A stretch of 45,029 bases of DNA from Polaromonas sp. Lineage in GTDB: Bacteria > Pseudomonadota > Gammaproteobacteria > Burkholderiales > Burkholderiaceae_C. Of the stretch, positions 1-8,073 are shown one piece after another. The notes below the pieces were generated by a model. The model was given only the letters and a program-made list of their open reading frames with translations, was not told the DNA's origin and did not search any database. A program made the translations under genes and the position numbers. Where the stretch lies: contig JANPDQ010000019.1 of the NCBI GenBank assembly GCA_031431575.1, positions 1-45,029 on the forward strand. The letters run 5' to 3'. How positions within the stretch are numbered: the stretch's first letter is position 1; each line of letters opens with the position of its first letter.

Positions 1-345
1 GTGGTTGGTAACGTAGACACCGCGCTCGTGGCCGAGCTTGGTCCGTTGATTGAAAACCACGCACGTTTTACTCGCCGGGTGAATGCTGGTTTTATGCAGG
101 TGGTTGACCGCTCAAACATCCGGCTGCGCGTGTATGAGCGCGGTGCTGGCGAAACGCTGGCGTGCGGCACTGGCGCTTGCGCGGCTGTGGTGGCGGGCAT
201 TCGGCTGGGCTTGCTTGATTCAAAAGTGGACGTGCAAACGCGCGGCGGCGTTTTGAGCATCGAGTGGTCAGGCGATTTAGCTGCCCCCGTTTTCATGACC
301 GGCCCGGCAGTCACCGTTTTTGAGTCTGAAATTGACGTTCCATAA
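1..345 (+). CDS. dapF: Diaminopimelate epimerase, 3' part (truncated by window edge)
   Basis: [19 protein letters not shown] catalytic motif; MTGPA C-terminal motif; classic dapF-DUF484-xerC order. Confidence 0.97.
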   Translation: MVGNVDTALVAELGPLIENHARFTRRVNAGFMQVVDRSNIRLRVYERGAGETLACGTGACAAVVAGIRLGLLDSKVDVQTRGGVLSIEWSGDLAAPVFMTGPAVTVFESEIDVP

Positions 346-350
346 ATGGT

Positions 351-441
351 GCCCTCACGCTTGTCGCTTCGCGTGCCTTCGGCGTTGCGCTGCCCCTTTC
401 CCCAGGCATTGGGGCTGACCTTGCTAGAGGCGGCCCGTCGC
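351..441 (+). repeat. Repeat family B copy 1 (GC-rich interspersed element)
   Basis: GCCCTCACGCTTGTCGCTTCGCGT...GGCGGCCCGTCGC; both ends match 31019-31091 and the reverse complement of 20619-20694. Confidence 0.75.
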
Positions 442-488
442 TCCGGTCGCTATATAGTCTTTCAAAGATAAACAATCACAATCCATAC

Positions 489-1184
489 ATGAACCCAATC
501 GACCAACCCATCACCGAAGACGACATTGCCAATTTTTTGGCCAACACGCCAGATTTTTTTGAGCGCCACGCCGAATTGCTCAGCAGTGTGCAACTGTCCA
601 GCGGCCACGGCAGCCGGGCGGTGAGTTTGCAAGAGCGCCAGGCCGGCCTGCTGCGAGACAAAATCAAGGGCCTTGAGGCAAAAATTGTCGAGATGATTCG
701 CCACGGCAATGAAAACGTGGCCATTTCAGACAAACTGCAAACCTGTACGCACAACCTGCTGCTTACGGCCCATGCCCGTGACCTGCCAGAAACCATTGTT
801 CGTGAGCTTAAAGTGCAGTTTGACATTCCGCAGGCTGCAATCAAGGTGTGGCGAGTGAACGGTATTTTTACTGGTGAGCCATTTTGCGAAGGCATCAGCG
901 ACGACACCCGGGCCTTCGCGTCATCGCTTGGCGCGCCATATTGCGGCGTCAATTCCGGCTTTGACGCCGCCACCTGGCTTGCTGAACCGGCGCAAGCCAT
1001 GTCGATTGCATTGGTCCCGCTGCGTGTTGACGGCGAGGCTGAAGCGTTTGGTTTGCTCGTGCTCGCCTCACCTGACGCTGAACGGTTTAGCAGCGGCATG
1101 GGGACTGAATTTTTAGCCCAAATCGGCGATTTGGCCGGCGCGGCGTTGACCAGGCTGTTGCCCGCCGTTCGGGCAGATGCTTAG
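489..1184 (+). CDS. DUF484 / YigA-family protein
   Basis: FLANTPDFFERH, AVSLQERQ and LASPDAERF motifs; lies between dapF and xerC. Confidence 0.9.
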   Translation: MNPIDQPITEDDIANFLANTPDFFERHAELLSSVQLSSGHGSRAVSLQERQAGLLRDKIKGLEAKIVEMIRHGNENVAISDKLQTCTHNLLLTAHARDLPETIVRELKVQFDIPQAAIKVWRVNGIFTGEPFCEGISDDTRAFASSLGAPYCGVNSGFDAATWLAEPAQAMSIALVPLRVDGEAEAFGLLVLASPDAERFSSGMGTEFLAQIGDLAGAALTRLLPAVRADA

Positions 1185-1219
1185 CAAGAAACGCTCGCAA
1201 CCCGTAGCCGCAAAACCAC

Positions 1220-2191
1220 ATGCAAAATGCGTTGGCTCCAGACACTGCAGCAGCAGACCCAGACCCACTCGCGCAACGCTACCTGGAACATGTCCGCGTT
1301 GAAAAGCGTTTGGCCCAGCGCACTGTAGAGCTCTACGCCGCTGATTTGACGAAGCTGCAAGCGCAAGCCGCGCTGGCGGGTGTGGACTTGGCAAGCGTGC
1401 AAAACACGCACATCAGGCGCTGGGTCGCGCAAATGCACGGGGCAGGGCGCAGTGCACGTGGGATTGCGCTTATTTTGTCTGGCTGGCGTGGGTTTTATGT
1501 GTGGCTTGGACGTGTTGGGTTGGTGGCAAGCAACCCGGTGCAGGGAGTGCGCGCGCCTAAGGCGCCCAAGCCGCTGCCCAAGGCGCTGGGGGTTGATGAG
1601 GCGGTGCAACTGTCTGACTTCAAGGCAGACCCTGGTGACGGCAGCCCTGCGCTGGACGCGCGCGACCACTGTATTGTTGAGCTGCTGTATGGCTGCGGCT
1701 TGCGCATTGGCGAGCTGGTTGGGCTTGACGCAGTTGCCAGCCGCAGCGCAAGGGGTTGGATTGATGGCGACGAGGCCCAGGCGCACGTGCTGGGCAAGGG
1801 CGAAAAGCGCCGCAGCGTGCCAGTTGGCAGCAAAGCGCTTGTTGCACTGGCCGCCTGGACAGCACAGCGCACCACCTGGGCCAAAGACGACCCAGCGCTG
1901 TTTATCAACGCCCGGGGCGCGCGATTAACTCCGCAAACGATTCGCGTTCGGCTCAAGCAGCGCTCGCTTAAAGCGGGCCTGGCAACGCCAGTGCATCCGC
2001 ACATGCTGCGCCATTCATTTGCCAGCCACGTGCTGCAGTCCAGCGGTGATTTGCGCGCCGTGCAAGAGCTGCTGGGTCATGCCAACATTACCACCACGCA
2101 GGTGTATACCCGGCTTGATTTTCAGCATTTGGCGACGGTGTACGACGCAGCGCATCCGCGTGCCAAGCGGCTGGGAAACCCCAAACCTTGA
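1220..2191 (+). CDS. xerC: Tyrosine recombinase XerC
   Basis: LRIGEL, GKGEKRR, HMLRHSFASH and LLGHANITTTQVY give the R-K-H-R-H-Y catalytic set; dapF-yigA-xerC context. Confidence 0.93.
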   Translation: MQNALAPDTAAADPDPLAQRYLEHVRVEKRLAQRTVELYAADLTKLQAQAALAGVDLASVQNTHIRRWVAQMHGAGRSARGIALILSGWRGFYVWLGRVGLVASNPVQGVRAPKAPKPLPKALGVDEAVQLSDFKADPGDGSPALDARDHCIVELLYGCGLRIGELVGLDAVASRSARGWIDGDEAQAHVLGKGEKRRSVPVGSKALVALAAWTAQRTTWAKDDPALFINARGARLTPQTIRVRLKQRSLKAGLATPVHPHMLRHSFASHVLQSSGDLRAVQELLGHANITTTQVYTRLDFQHLATVYDAAHPRAKRLGNPKP

Positions 2192-2258
2192 TGCACAAAC
2201 GCACGGCATCGGGCGAGCGGTGGCAACTTATACGCGCTGGTTTGAAGCGGTTCAAACG

Positions 2259-4067
2259 TTAAAAATTTTCAGGACGTCTTCGCATTCGGCGGCGCGGCTT
2301 TGGGGGCATCTCGCCCAACCGGAACACAGCCACCTTGCTTTCTGCTGGCGCGTTGGCTAAAAGCGCTTCCAGACGCTCAAGGAGCGGTTGCGGATGCTGC
2401 TCCTCTTCAGGAACCATTGCGTAGGCGACCCGCACCTGGGCCACGCAATCAACGTGCAGTTTGGGGTAAGGCATCAGGCAGCGCGCAATGATTCGCGGCC
2501 CCAATGTGGCCGCCTCTTCTGCACTGACGGGCCCTTCTACCAACATGCCAAACCGTCGGTCTGACAGCCTGGCAGCGCTGTCAATTTCGCGGGCGGTAGA
2601 AAGTAGGCGCGACGCTACGAGCAGTGGCAATTCACCAGCAATTTTGCGTCCAAAATCACGCTGAATTTGCTCGGTGTTGGTGACCTCAATGAGCATGACG
2701 GCGCTTTGGTTGTTTAGCCGCTCTGACCTGGCAAGCATGCGTGAAAACCGGGTGGAAAAAATATCAGCGTTGATCAAGCCTGTGGCCGGGTCGATCCGGT
2801 CTACGCCAGCAATACGGCGCATGTTTTCGCGGCGCTGCTGGCTGCGGCTAATAAGCGCTGCCAACATCACAACTTGCTGCAATGCCATGCTGGCCAGCCA
2901 GCTGTGTTCGGTAAACATGCTGAGCGGAATCAACTGCATGTATCGGGCAAACGCCAGGGCGAAAGCAAAAACAAAGGGCACCGCGCTGATCAGCAGCCAG
3001 GTGCCAAATCGGTCACCGTGTTGCCGCGCCCAGATGTTAATCACCATAATCAAAAAGATCACGAACACCGCATACGGCATAACCAATGAAATTCGGTATG
3101 CGCTATTGGTGTAGAACATTGCTGCGCACAGAGCAACGCCAACCGCTGCTGTTGCCCACACAAAGTTGTCAAGCCGCCTGGAGCGCTGTGCGAGGTAAAT
3201 AATTTTTGCGTCAAGAAGCAAGAAGGAAATTAGCGCTGACAACCCCAGAACGACGAGCGATCGGTCAGCCCATGCGGGCGAGTTCGGCCACAGATACAAA
3301 CTGCCAATGCCCGTTGATGCGGCCTGCGTCAAGCCAATCAGCAAAGCGCACTTTGTGTAGAAAAAATACGCCCAGTCTCGCAGCCAAAACAAGCCGATCA
3401 GACCGACGAAGATGCCTAAAACGGCGGTTCCAAAGTACAGCCCCAGCAATAGCGACACCCCTTGCTCGATGCGCAGCAGGGTATCAGTGGCAATCAGCCG
3501 GATGGGTGCGCTGAAGCCTTGGGCGTTTTCAAGTCGCAGCAAATACGCAGTCTGCAGCCCGCCCGAGCTTTCAATTTCCATCACGACATGGCGCTGGGGC
3601 AGCGCCCACGCGCTATTGGCGATCAGGTCCCCAGCGTACTGTGCTTGGTACCCACCGCTGGCACCCACGGTAAAAAGTGACGCACGGTCCAGCGCGGCAT
3701 ACGGGATTTCAAGCATCCAGTGGCTGGTGTCTGACAGATGCAAAACGTTGAACCGCAGCCAAAGCGCTTGGCCGGGCAACAGTGGGTAAACGCCGTTTGC
3801 CGGACTTACTCGCCAGGTGGCGGTGCTGCGGGCTGTGACTTCCTCGGGTTCTAGCAAGCCAGTCGAGTCGATCCAGTATTCGCTCAGTTTGGCAAGATTA
3901 ACGGTGGTGCTTTTGTCTGATAGCACCGCCTGCGGTGTAGCCAGTGCGAGAGCAAAACAACCTGACACAAGCCACAACGAAACTGCACTTGCCAGTCGGG
4001 GCAAAAAATTTTGAAATTTGAAATTTGAAATTGGAAAGATTCTTTTTAGAACTGAAACGCGAGCCAT
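2259..4067 (-). CDS. 7TMR-DISM sensor (periplasmic DISMED2 plus 7 TM helices) with degenerate C-terminal GGDEF domain
   Basis: Signal-like N-terminus, ALWLRF/LEIPYAALDR periplasmic domain, ~7 hydrophobic helices, DPATGLIN, then REIDSAARLSDRRF in place of RxxD...GGDEF; start codon uncertain. Confidence 0.8.
   Translation of the reverse strand: MARVSVLKRIFPISNFKFQNFLPRLASAVSLWLVSGCFALALATPQAVLSDKSTTVNLAKLSEYWIDSTGLLEPEEVTARSTATWRVSPANGVYPLLPGQALWLRFNVLHLSDTSHWMLEIPYAALDRASLFTVGASGGYQAQYAGDLIANSAWALPQRHVVMEIESSGGLQTAYLLRLENAQGFSAPIRLIATDTLLRIEQGVSLLLGLYFGTAVLGIFVGLIGLFWLRDWAYFFYTKCALLIGLTQAASTGIGSLYLWPNSPAWADRSLVVLGLSALISFLLLDAKIIYLAQRSRRLDNFVWATAAVGVALCAAMFYTNSAYRISLVMPYAVFVIFLIMVINIWARQHGDRFGTWLLISAVPFVFAFALAFARYMQLIPLSMFTEHSWLASMALQQVVMLAALISRSQQRRENMRRIAGVDRIDPATGLINADIFSTRFSRMLARSERLNNQSAVMLIEVTNTEQIQRDFGRKIAGELPLLVASRLLSTAREIDSAARLSDRRFGMLVEGPVSAEEAATLGPRIIARCLMPYPKLHVDCVAQVRVAYAMVPEEEQHPQPLLERLEALLANAPAESKVAVFRLGEMPPKPRRRMRRRPENF
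4010..4037. repeat. 7-bp tandem repeat (TTTGAAA)x3 + TTGGAAA
   Basis: Read directly from sequence; within the 5' end of the 2259-4067 ORF. Confidence 0.8.
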
Positions 4068-4095
4068 GCGTGATTGTGATGGACGGCGAAAAACT

Positions 4096-4130
4096 AAAAG
4101 TTAACTTTTGTACGAAGTTTGTACGAAGTT
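4096..4130. promoter_or_regulatory. Candidate operator in divergent intergenic region
   Basis: Perfect 14-bp palindrome AAAAGTTAACTTTT (4096-4109) abutting an 11-bp tandem direct repeat TTTGTACGAAG x2 (4107-4128). Confidence 0.4.
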
Positions 4131-4177
4131 TTTAGAAGGCGATAAAAGCCTTGTTGCCAAAGCGTGACAATTGCCAC

Positions 4178-5359
4178 ATGAAATCAATACGCCTGAAACC
4201 CGGCAAAGAAAAATCGCTGTTGCGCCGCCACCCATGGGTGTTTGATGGTGCGATAGTCTCAGGCGACGGCGACGCAGGTGAGACGGTGCGCGTCGAGAGC
4301 CATAGCGGCCAGTTTTTGGCCTGGGCGGCATTCAGCCCGCAATCAAAAATTCGGGCGAGGGCGTGGAGCTTTGATGAGGCGCAACGCGTAGATGCTAACT
4401 TTTTTATAGCTGCTTGCGCCCGTTGTATTGAGGCTAGAGGTCTATTTGACATAAAAAGCAACGGTGTACGGCTGGTGCATGGCGAATCCGATGGCTTGCC
4501 CGGCTTGGTGGTTGACCGCTACGGCGACACGCTGGTGGCGCAGTTTTCAAGTTGCGGGTCGGAACGGTTCAAGGCGGTGATTGTGGACGCGCTGCTCCAG
4601 CAAACCGGTTTGACCAGGCTCTACGAACGGTCGGATGCCAGTGTGCGTGTGCTTGAAGGCTTGCCCGAAGCGACGGGCTGGCTGGCCGGCTCGGGGTCAA
4701 CAGAAGTCAACATCACCGAGCACGATTGGAAGCTGAGCCTTGATGTGGCTGTTGGACACAAAACCGGGTTTTATTTAGACCAACGCGACAGTCGCTACAA
4801 GTTCAGCCAGTACGCATATCGCATGGGTTTCAAGCGCGTTTTGAACTGCTACAGCTACACAGGCGGCTTCACCGTAGCGGCTTTGGCGGGTGGGGCAGCC
4901 CATGTCACCTCTATTGACTCATCTGGCCCGGCGATTGAACGCGCCGTTGCAAACGTGGCTTTGAATGGTTTTGATGCAGCACGCACGACCATGATGGATG
5001 CCGATGTGAACTCAGCATTGCGCCAATACCTGAAAGACGGCGTGACCTTCGACGCCATCGTGCTCGACCCGCCCAAATTTGCCCCCACCGCCTATCACGC
5101 CGAGCGCGCGGCCAGAGCCTACAAAGACATCAACCGCCTGGCCCTGATGCTGCTGGAGCCGGGCGGCGCATTGTTCACCTACTCGTGCTCTGGCGGCATC
5201 AGCGCCGATTTGTTCCACAAAATTGTGGCTGGGGCGGGCATGGACGCAGGTGTGGACGCTTACATCACCGAACGGATGGGCGGCGCGCCAGACCACCCGA
5301 TGACGGTGACATTTCCTGAAGGTGAATACCTCAAGGGGCTGGTGCTGATCAAAAAGTAA
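4178..5359 (+). CDS. rlmI: 23S rRNA m5C1962 methyltransferase (RlmI family)
   Basis: PUA-like RRHPWVF, ESDGLPGLVVDRY, GHKTGFYLDQR, LDPPKF, YSCSG, PEGEYLK; ATG at 4178 preferred over TTG at 4151. Confidence 0.92.
   Translation: MKSIRLKPGKEKSLLRRHPWVFDGAIVSGDGDAGETVRVESHSGQFLAWAAFSPQSKIRARAWSFDEAQRVDANFFIAACARCIEARGLFDIKSNGVRLVHGESDGLPGLVVDRYGDTLVAQFSSCGSERFKAVIVDALLQQTGLTRLYERSDASVRVLEGLPEATGWLAGSGSTEVNITEHDWKLSLDVAVGHKTGFYLDQRDSRYKFSQYAYRMGFKRVLNCYSYTGGFTVAALAGGAAHVTSIDSSGPAIERAVANVALNGFDAARTTMMDADVNSALRQYLKDGVTFDAIVLDPPKFAPTAYHAERAARAYKDINRLALMLLEPGGALFTYSCSGGISADLFHKIVAGAGMDAGVDAYITERMGGAPDHPMTVTFPEGEYLKGLVLIKK
4393..4456 (+). repeat. Motif family A copy 1 (inside rlmI)
   Basis: TGCTA-ACTTTTTTA-TAGC-TGCTTGCGCCCGTTGTATTGAG-GCTA-GAGGTCTATTTGACATAAAA. 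Confidence 0.85.
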
Positions 5360-5394
5360 CTTGAAGACGCCCAAAGAAGCGTAAAAACGATCAT

Positions 5395-5458
5395 TTTTAG
5401 GCTAAATCGAGCTCTAGCCTAATTTTTATGGGCGCAAGCAGCTATTAAAATAATAGTA
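5395..5458 (-). repeat. Motif family A copy 2 (intergenic)
   Basis: Reverse complement reads TACTA-TTATTTTAA-TAGC-TGCTTGCGCCCATAAAAATTAG-GCTA-GAGCTCGATTTAGCCTAAAA. Confidence 0.88.
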
Positions 5459-5552
5459 ACTTACAGTTGTTACAGAAATTCCCTGCGTCGCTCGCGCGCT
5501 TGCCTGGCTCGCTAAACTCGCTGTTTAATCTCCATTGTTTGTTAGGTGCACC

Positions 5553-6602
5553 ATGAGCTTGATTCCCGTCACTATCCTCACCGGCTTTCTGGGCTCGGGC
5601 AAAACCACGCTCTTAAAGCGCATCCTGACCGAGACGCATGGCCAAAAAATTGCTGTGATTGAAAACGAGTTTGGAGAGGAAAACATCGATAACGAGATTT
5701 TGGTCAACGACACGCAAGAAAACATCATCCAGATGAACAACGGCTGCATTTGCTGCTCGATCCGTGAAGACCTGCGTGAAACGCTGCAAACGCTGGCTGA
5801 GAAAAAGCGCAAAGGCGAGCTGACTTTTGACCGCGTCGTCATTGAAACCACCGGGCTGGCCGACCCGGGCCCGGTGGCGCAAACGTTTTTTATGGATGAA
5901 GAAATCGCCGAGCAATACCTGCTGGACTCGATTTTGACCCTGGTCGATGCCAAGCACGCCGACACCCAGCTCAACGACCGCCAGGAGGCGCGCCGCCAGA
6001 TTGGTTTTGCCGATCAAATTTTTATCAGTAAAACCGATTTGGTGGCTGACGCCGAGGTGAAAGCGCTGATGCATCGACTCACGCACATGAACCCGCGCGC
6101 TCCGCAAAAGGCGGTGCATTTTGGTAGCGTAGCAATTGCTGACGTGTTCGACCTGCGCGGCTTTAACTTGAATGCCAAGTTGGACATTGACCCGGATTTT
6201 TTAAAAGCGGATGTCCACGACCACGCAGGCCATGACCACGCTGAGGGTGAACACTGCGACCACCCGTCCCACAGCACAGAACACGGGCACCACCACGCCC
6301 ACGACGATGACGTCAAAAGCTTCGTTTTTCGATCTGACAAAGCCTTCAGCCCGGCCAAGCTGGAAGACTTTTTGGGTGCGGTTGTCAATATTTATGGCCC
6401 GCGCATGCTGCGCTACAAAGGCGTGCTGAACATGGAAGGCACCGAGCGCAAGGTGATTTTTCAGGGCGTGCACCAGCTGATGGGCAGCGATTTGGGTCCG
6501 GCCTGGGCCGAGGGCGAGGCAAAAACCAGCAAGATGGTGTTCATTGGTATCGACTTGCCCAAAGATATTTTTATGCAGGGGCTTGAGCAATGCCTGGTTT
6601 GA
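5553..6602 (+). CDS. COG0523 (CobW/YjiA/ZigA-type) G3E metallochaperone GTPase
   Basis: GFLGSGKTT Walker A, ENEFG, GCICC metal motif, ETTG, SKTD, His-rich loop, CobW_C-like R.KG/FQGVH/VFIG. Confidence 0.93.
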   Translation: MSLIPVTILTGFLGSGKTTLLKRILTETHGQKIAVIENEFGEENIDNEILVNDTQENIIQMNNGCICCSIREDLRETLQTLAEKKRKGELTFDRVVIETTGLADPGPVAQTFFMDEEIAEQYLLDSILTLVDAKHADTQLNDRQEARRQIGFADQIFISKTDLVADAEVKALMHRLTHMNPRAPQKAVHFGSVAIADVFDLRGFNLNAKLDIDPDFLKADVHDHAGHDHAEGEHCDHPSHSTEHGHHHAHDDDVKSFVFRSDKAFSPAKLEDFLGAVVNIYGPRMLRYKGVLNMEGTERKVIFQGVHQLMGSDLGPAWAEGEAKTSKMVFIGIDLPKDIFMQGLEQCLV

Positions 6603-6715
6603 TGTAGGCTTGGCAACTTAATTTGTAAAAAATGTAATTCGGCGTAGCAAAAGCCCATGCTCCAGCGTATTTTGAAGCCATTCGATACGCCGCTGACTGA
6701 GCCAGTTCAGCACCC

Positions 6716-6731
6716 GCTACAATCGCGCGCC
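6716..6731 (+). promoter_or_regulatory. Putative sigma70 -10 box of dksA with GC-rich discriminator
   Basis: TACAAT at 6718-6723 followed by CGCGCGCC; no convincing -35 box. Confidence 0.4.
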
Positions 6732-6799
6732 GACCGAATTACTCAGCCGACGCCTATGCCCAGGCTTAACCACGGGCGGTTTGCCAGAGGAGACCAGAA

Positions 6800-8035
6800 G
6801 TGAAAGCGCAGACGAAGAAATCAAAAACCGCCGTCAAAGCGGCTGCTAAATCAGCGAAAAAACCGACTGTTGCGTCCAGGTCGCAGCCGAAAGCAGCCGC
6901 TAAAACAGCGCCCAAAGCGAAAGCAAAGCCCGTCGCGAAGGTCGTCCAGGCAGTTAAAGTGGCCAATGTGATGAGCGCTAAGTCTAAACCCAATGCTGCC
7001 GTGGTCGCGACAAAAAGGGCAGTCAAGCCCGCAGTGAAAACTGCAAGCATCAAAAAATCGCCGGTAGCCAAGCCGCAACCTGCAAAATCAATGGTCAAAC
7101 CCTCTGCCAAACTCGCGCCAAAGGCCATCAGCAAACCAGTGCCCAAAACAGCCGTCAAAGCAAAAACTGCTGCAAAAACAGTGGCAAAAACCGCTGCAAA
7201 ACCCGCTGCAAAAACCGCCATAAATCCTGCAACGAAAGTTGCGCAAAAATCAGTGCCTAAATCAGTAACCAAACCTTTACCCAAAGCCGCTGTGCAGGCT
7301 CCCGTAAAAGCCGCCAAAGTCAGCCCTACAGCCGCGGCTTCAAAGAAGGTCGATGCTCCGTTGCCCCCTGTTGTTGCGGCTGTGGTCCGCACAGCTCCTT
7401 CAACAAACGGACTACCTCCACCGCCACCTTTGAAGCCGGGGCGCAGAAGCTCATCACGAGCGTTCGCCCACATGCCACCGCCCGCACCTATGGTGCCTAC
7501 CCATGCGCCAGACGCAGCCAAAGCCAGTTACGCAACAATGACCGAACGATTAGTAGCGCCTCCCCCTCACGTTGCAGCTAAAAAAGACCCCAAGCTGGCC
7601 AACAACTGGAAGTCCAAAGCGGGTGAAACCCTGACCGACGACGAAGTCAAAGCCATGCCCGACTCGGAGTACATGAATGAAAAACAGTTGGCGTTTTTTC
7701 GTGCCAAACTGTCAGTGCAGAAGCAGGAAATTCACAACAGTGCCGGTGCTACAACCGAACACCTGCGTGAAGACACGGTGGTGGTGCCTGACCCAGCTGA
7801 CCGAGCCACCATTGAAGAAGAACATGCGCTTGAGCTTCGCACCCGCGATCGGGAGCGTAAATTACTCAAAAAAATTGAGCAGTCCATCGGCCGCATCGAC
7901 TCTGGTGACTATGGGTATTGCGATGAGACTGGCGAGCCGATTGGGGTCGGGCGCTTGATTGCACGCCCGACTGCCAGCCTGTCTCTCGAAGCACAGCAGC
8001 GTCGCGAGCTAAAGCAAAAAATGTTTGGTGATTGA
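6800..8035 (+). CDS. dksA: RNA polymerase-binding protein DksA with long Lys/Ala/Pro-rich N-terminal extension
   Basis: C-terminal EYMNEKQLAFF, DPADRA (DxxDxA tip), RDRERKLLKKI, YGYCDETGEPIG; GTG start preceded by GAGGAG. Confidence 0.92.
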   Translation: MKAQTKKSKTAVKAAAKSAKKPTVASRSQPKAAAKTAPKAKAKPVAKVVQAVKVANVMSAKSKPNAAVVATKRAVKPAVKTASIKKSPVAKPQPAKSMVKPSAKLAPKAISKPVPKTAVKAKTAAKTVAKTAAKPAAKTAINPATKVAQKSVPKSVTKPLPKAAVQAPVKAAKVSPTAAASKKVDAPLPPVVAAVVRTAPSTNGLPPPPPLKPGRRSSSRAFAHMPPPAPMVPTHAPDAAKASYATMTERLVAPPPHVAAKKDPKLANNWKSKAGETLTDDEVKAMPDSEYMNEKQLAFFRAKLSVQKQEIHNSAGATTEHLREDTVVVPDPADRATIEEEHALELRTRDRERKLLKKIEQSIGRIDSGDYGYCDETGEPIGVGRLIARPTASLSLEAQQRRELKQKMFGD

Positions 8036-8073
8036 TTTTCCCCGCAAGTTTTAACGCCCACCTTCACAGCTTT

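Noticed and set aside
1220-2191. Tyrosine recombinase as a prophage or island integrase
   Set aside because: The dapF-DUF484-xerC context marks it as housekeeping XerC; no att sites or cargo genes nearby.
5456-5473. GTAAC-N8-GTTAC inverted repeat as a Zur box for the COG0523 gene
   Set aside because: Spacing and sequence do not fit the Zur consensus, and one arm overlaps motif A copy 2.
6766-7521. 251-aa minus-strand ORF
   Set aside because: Antisense shadow of the low-complexity dksA extension.
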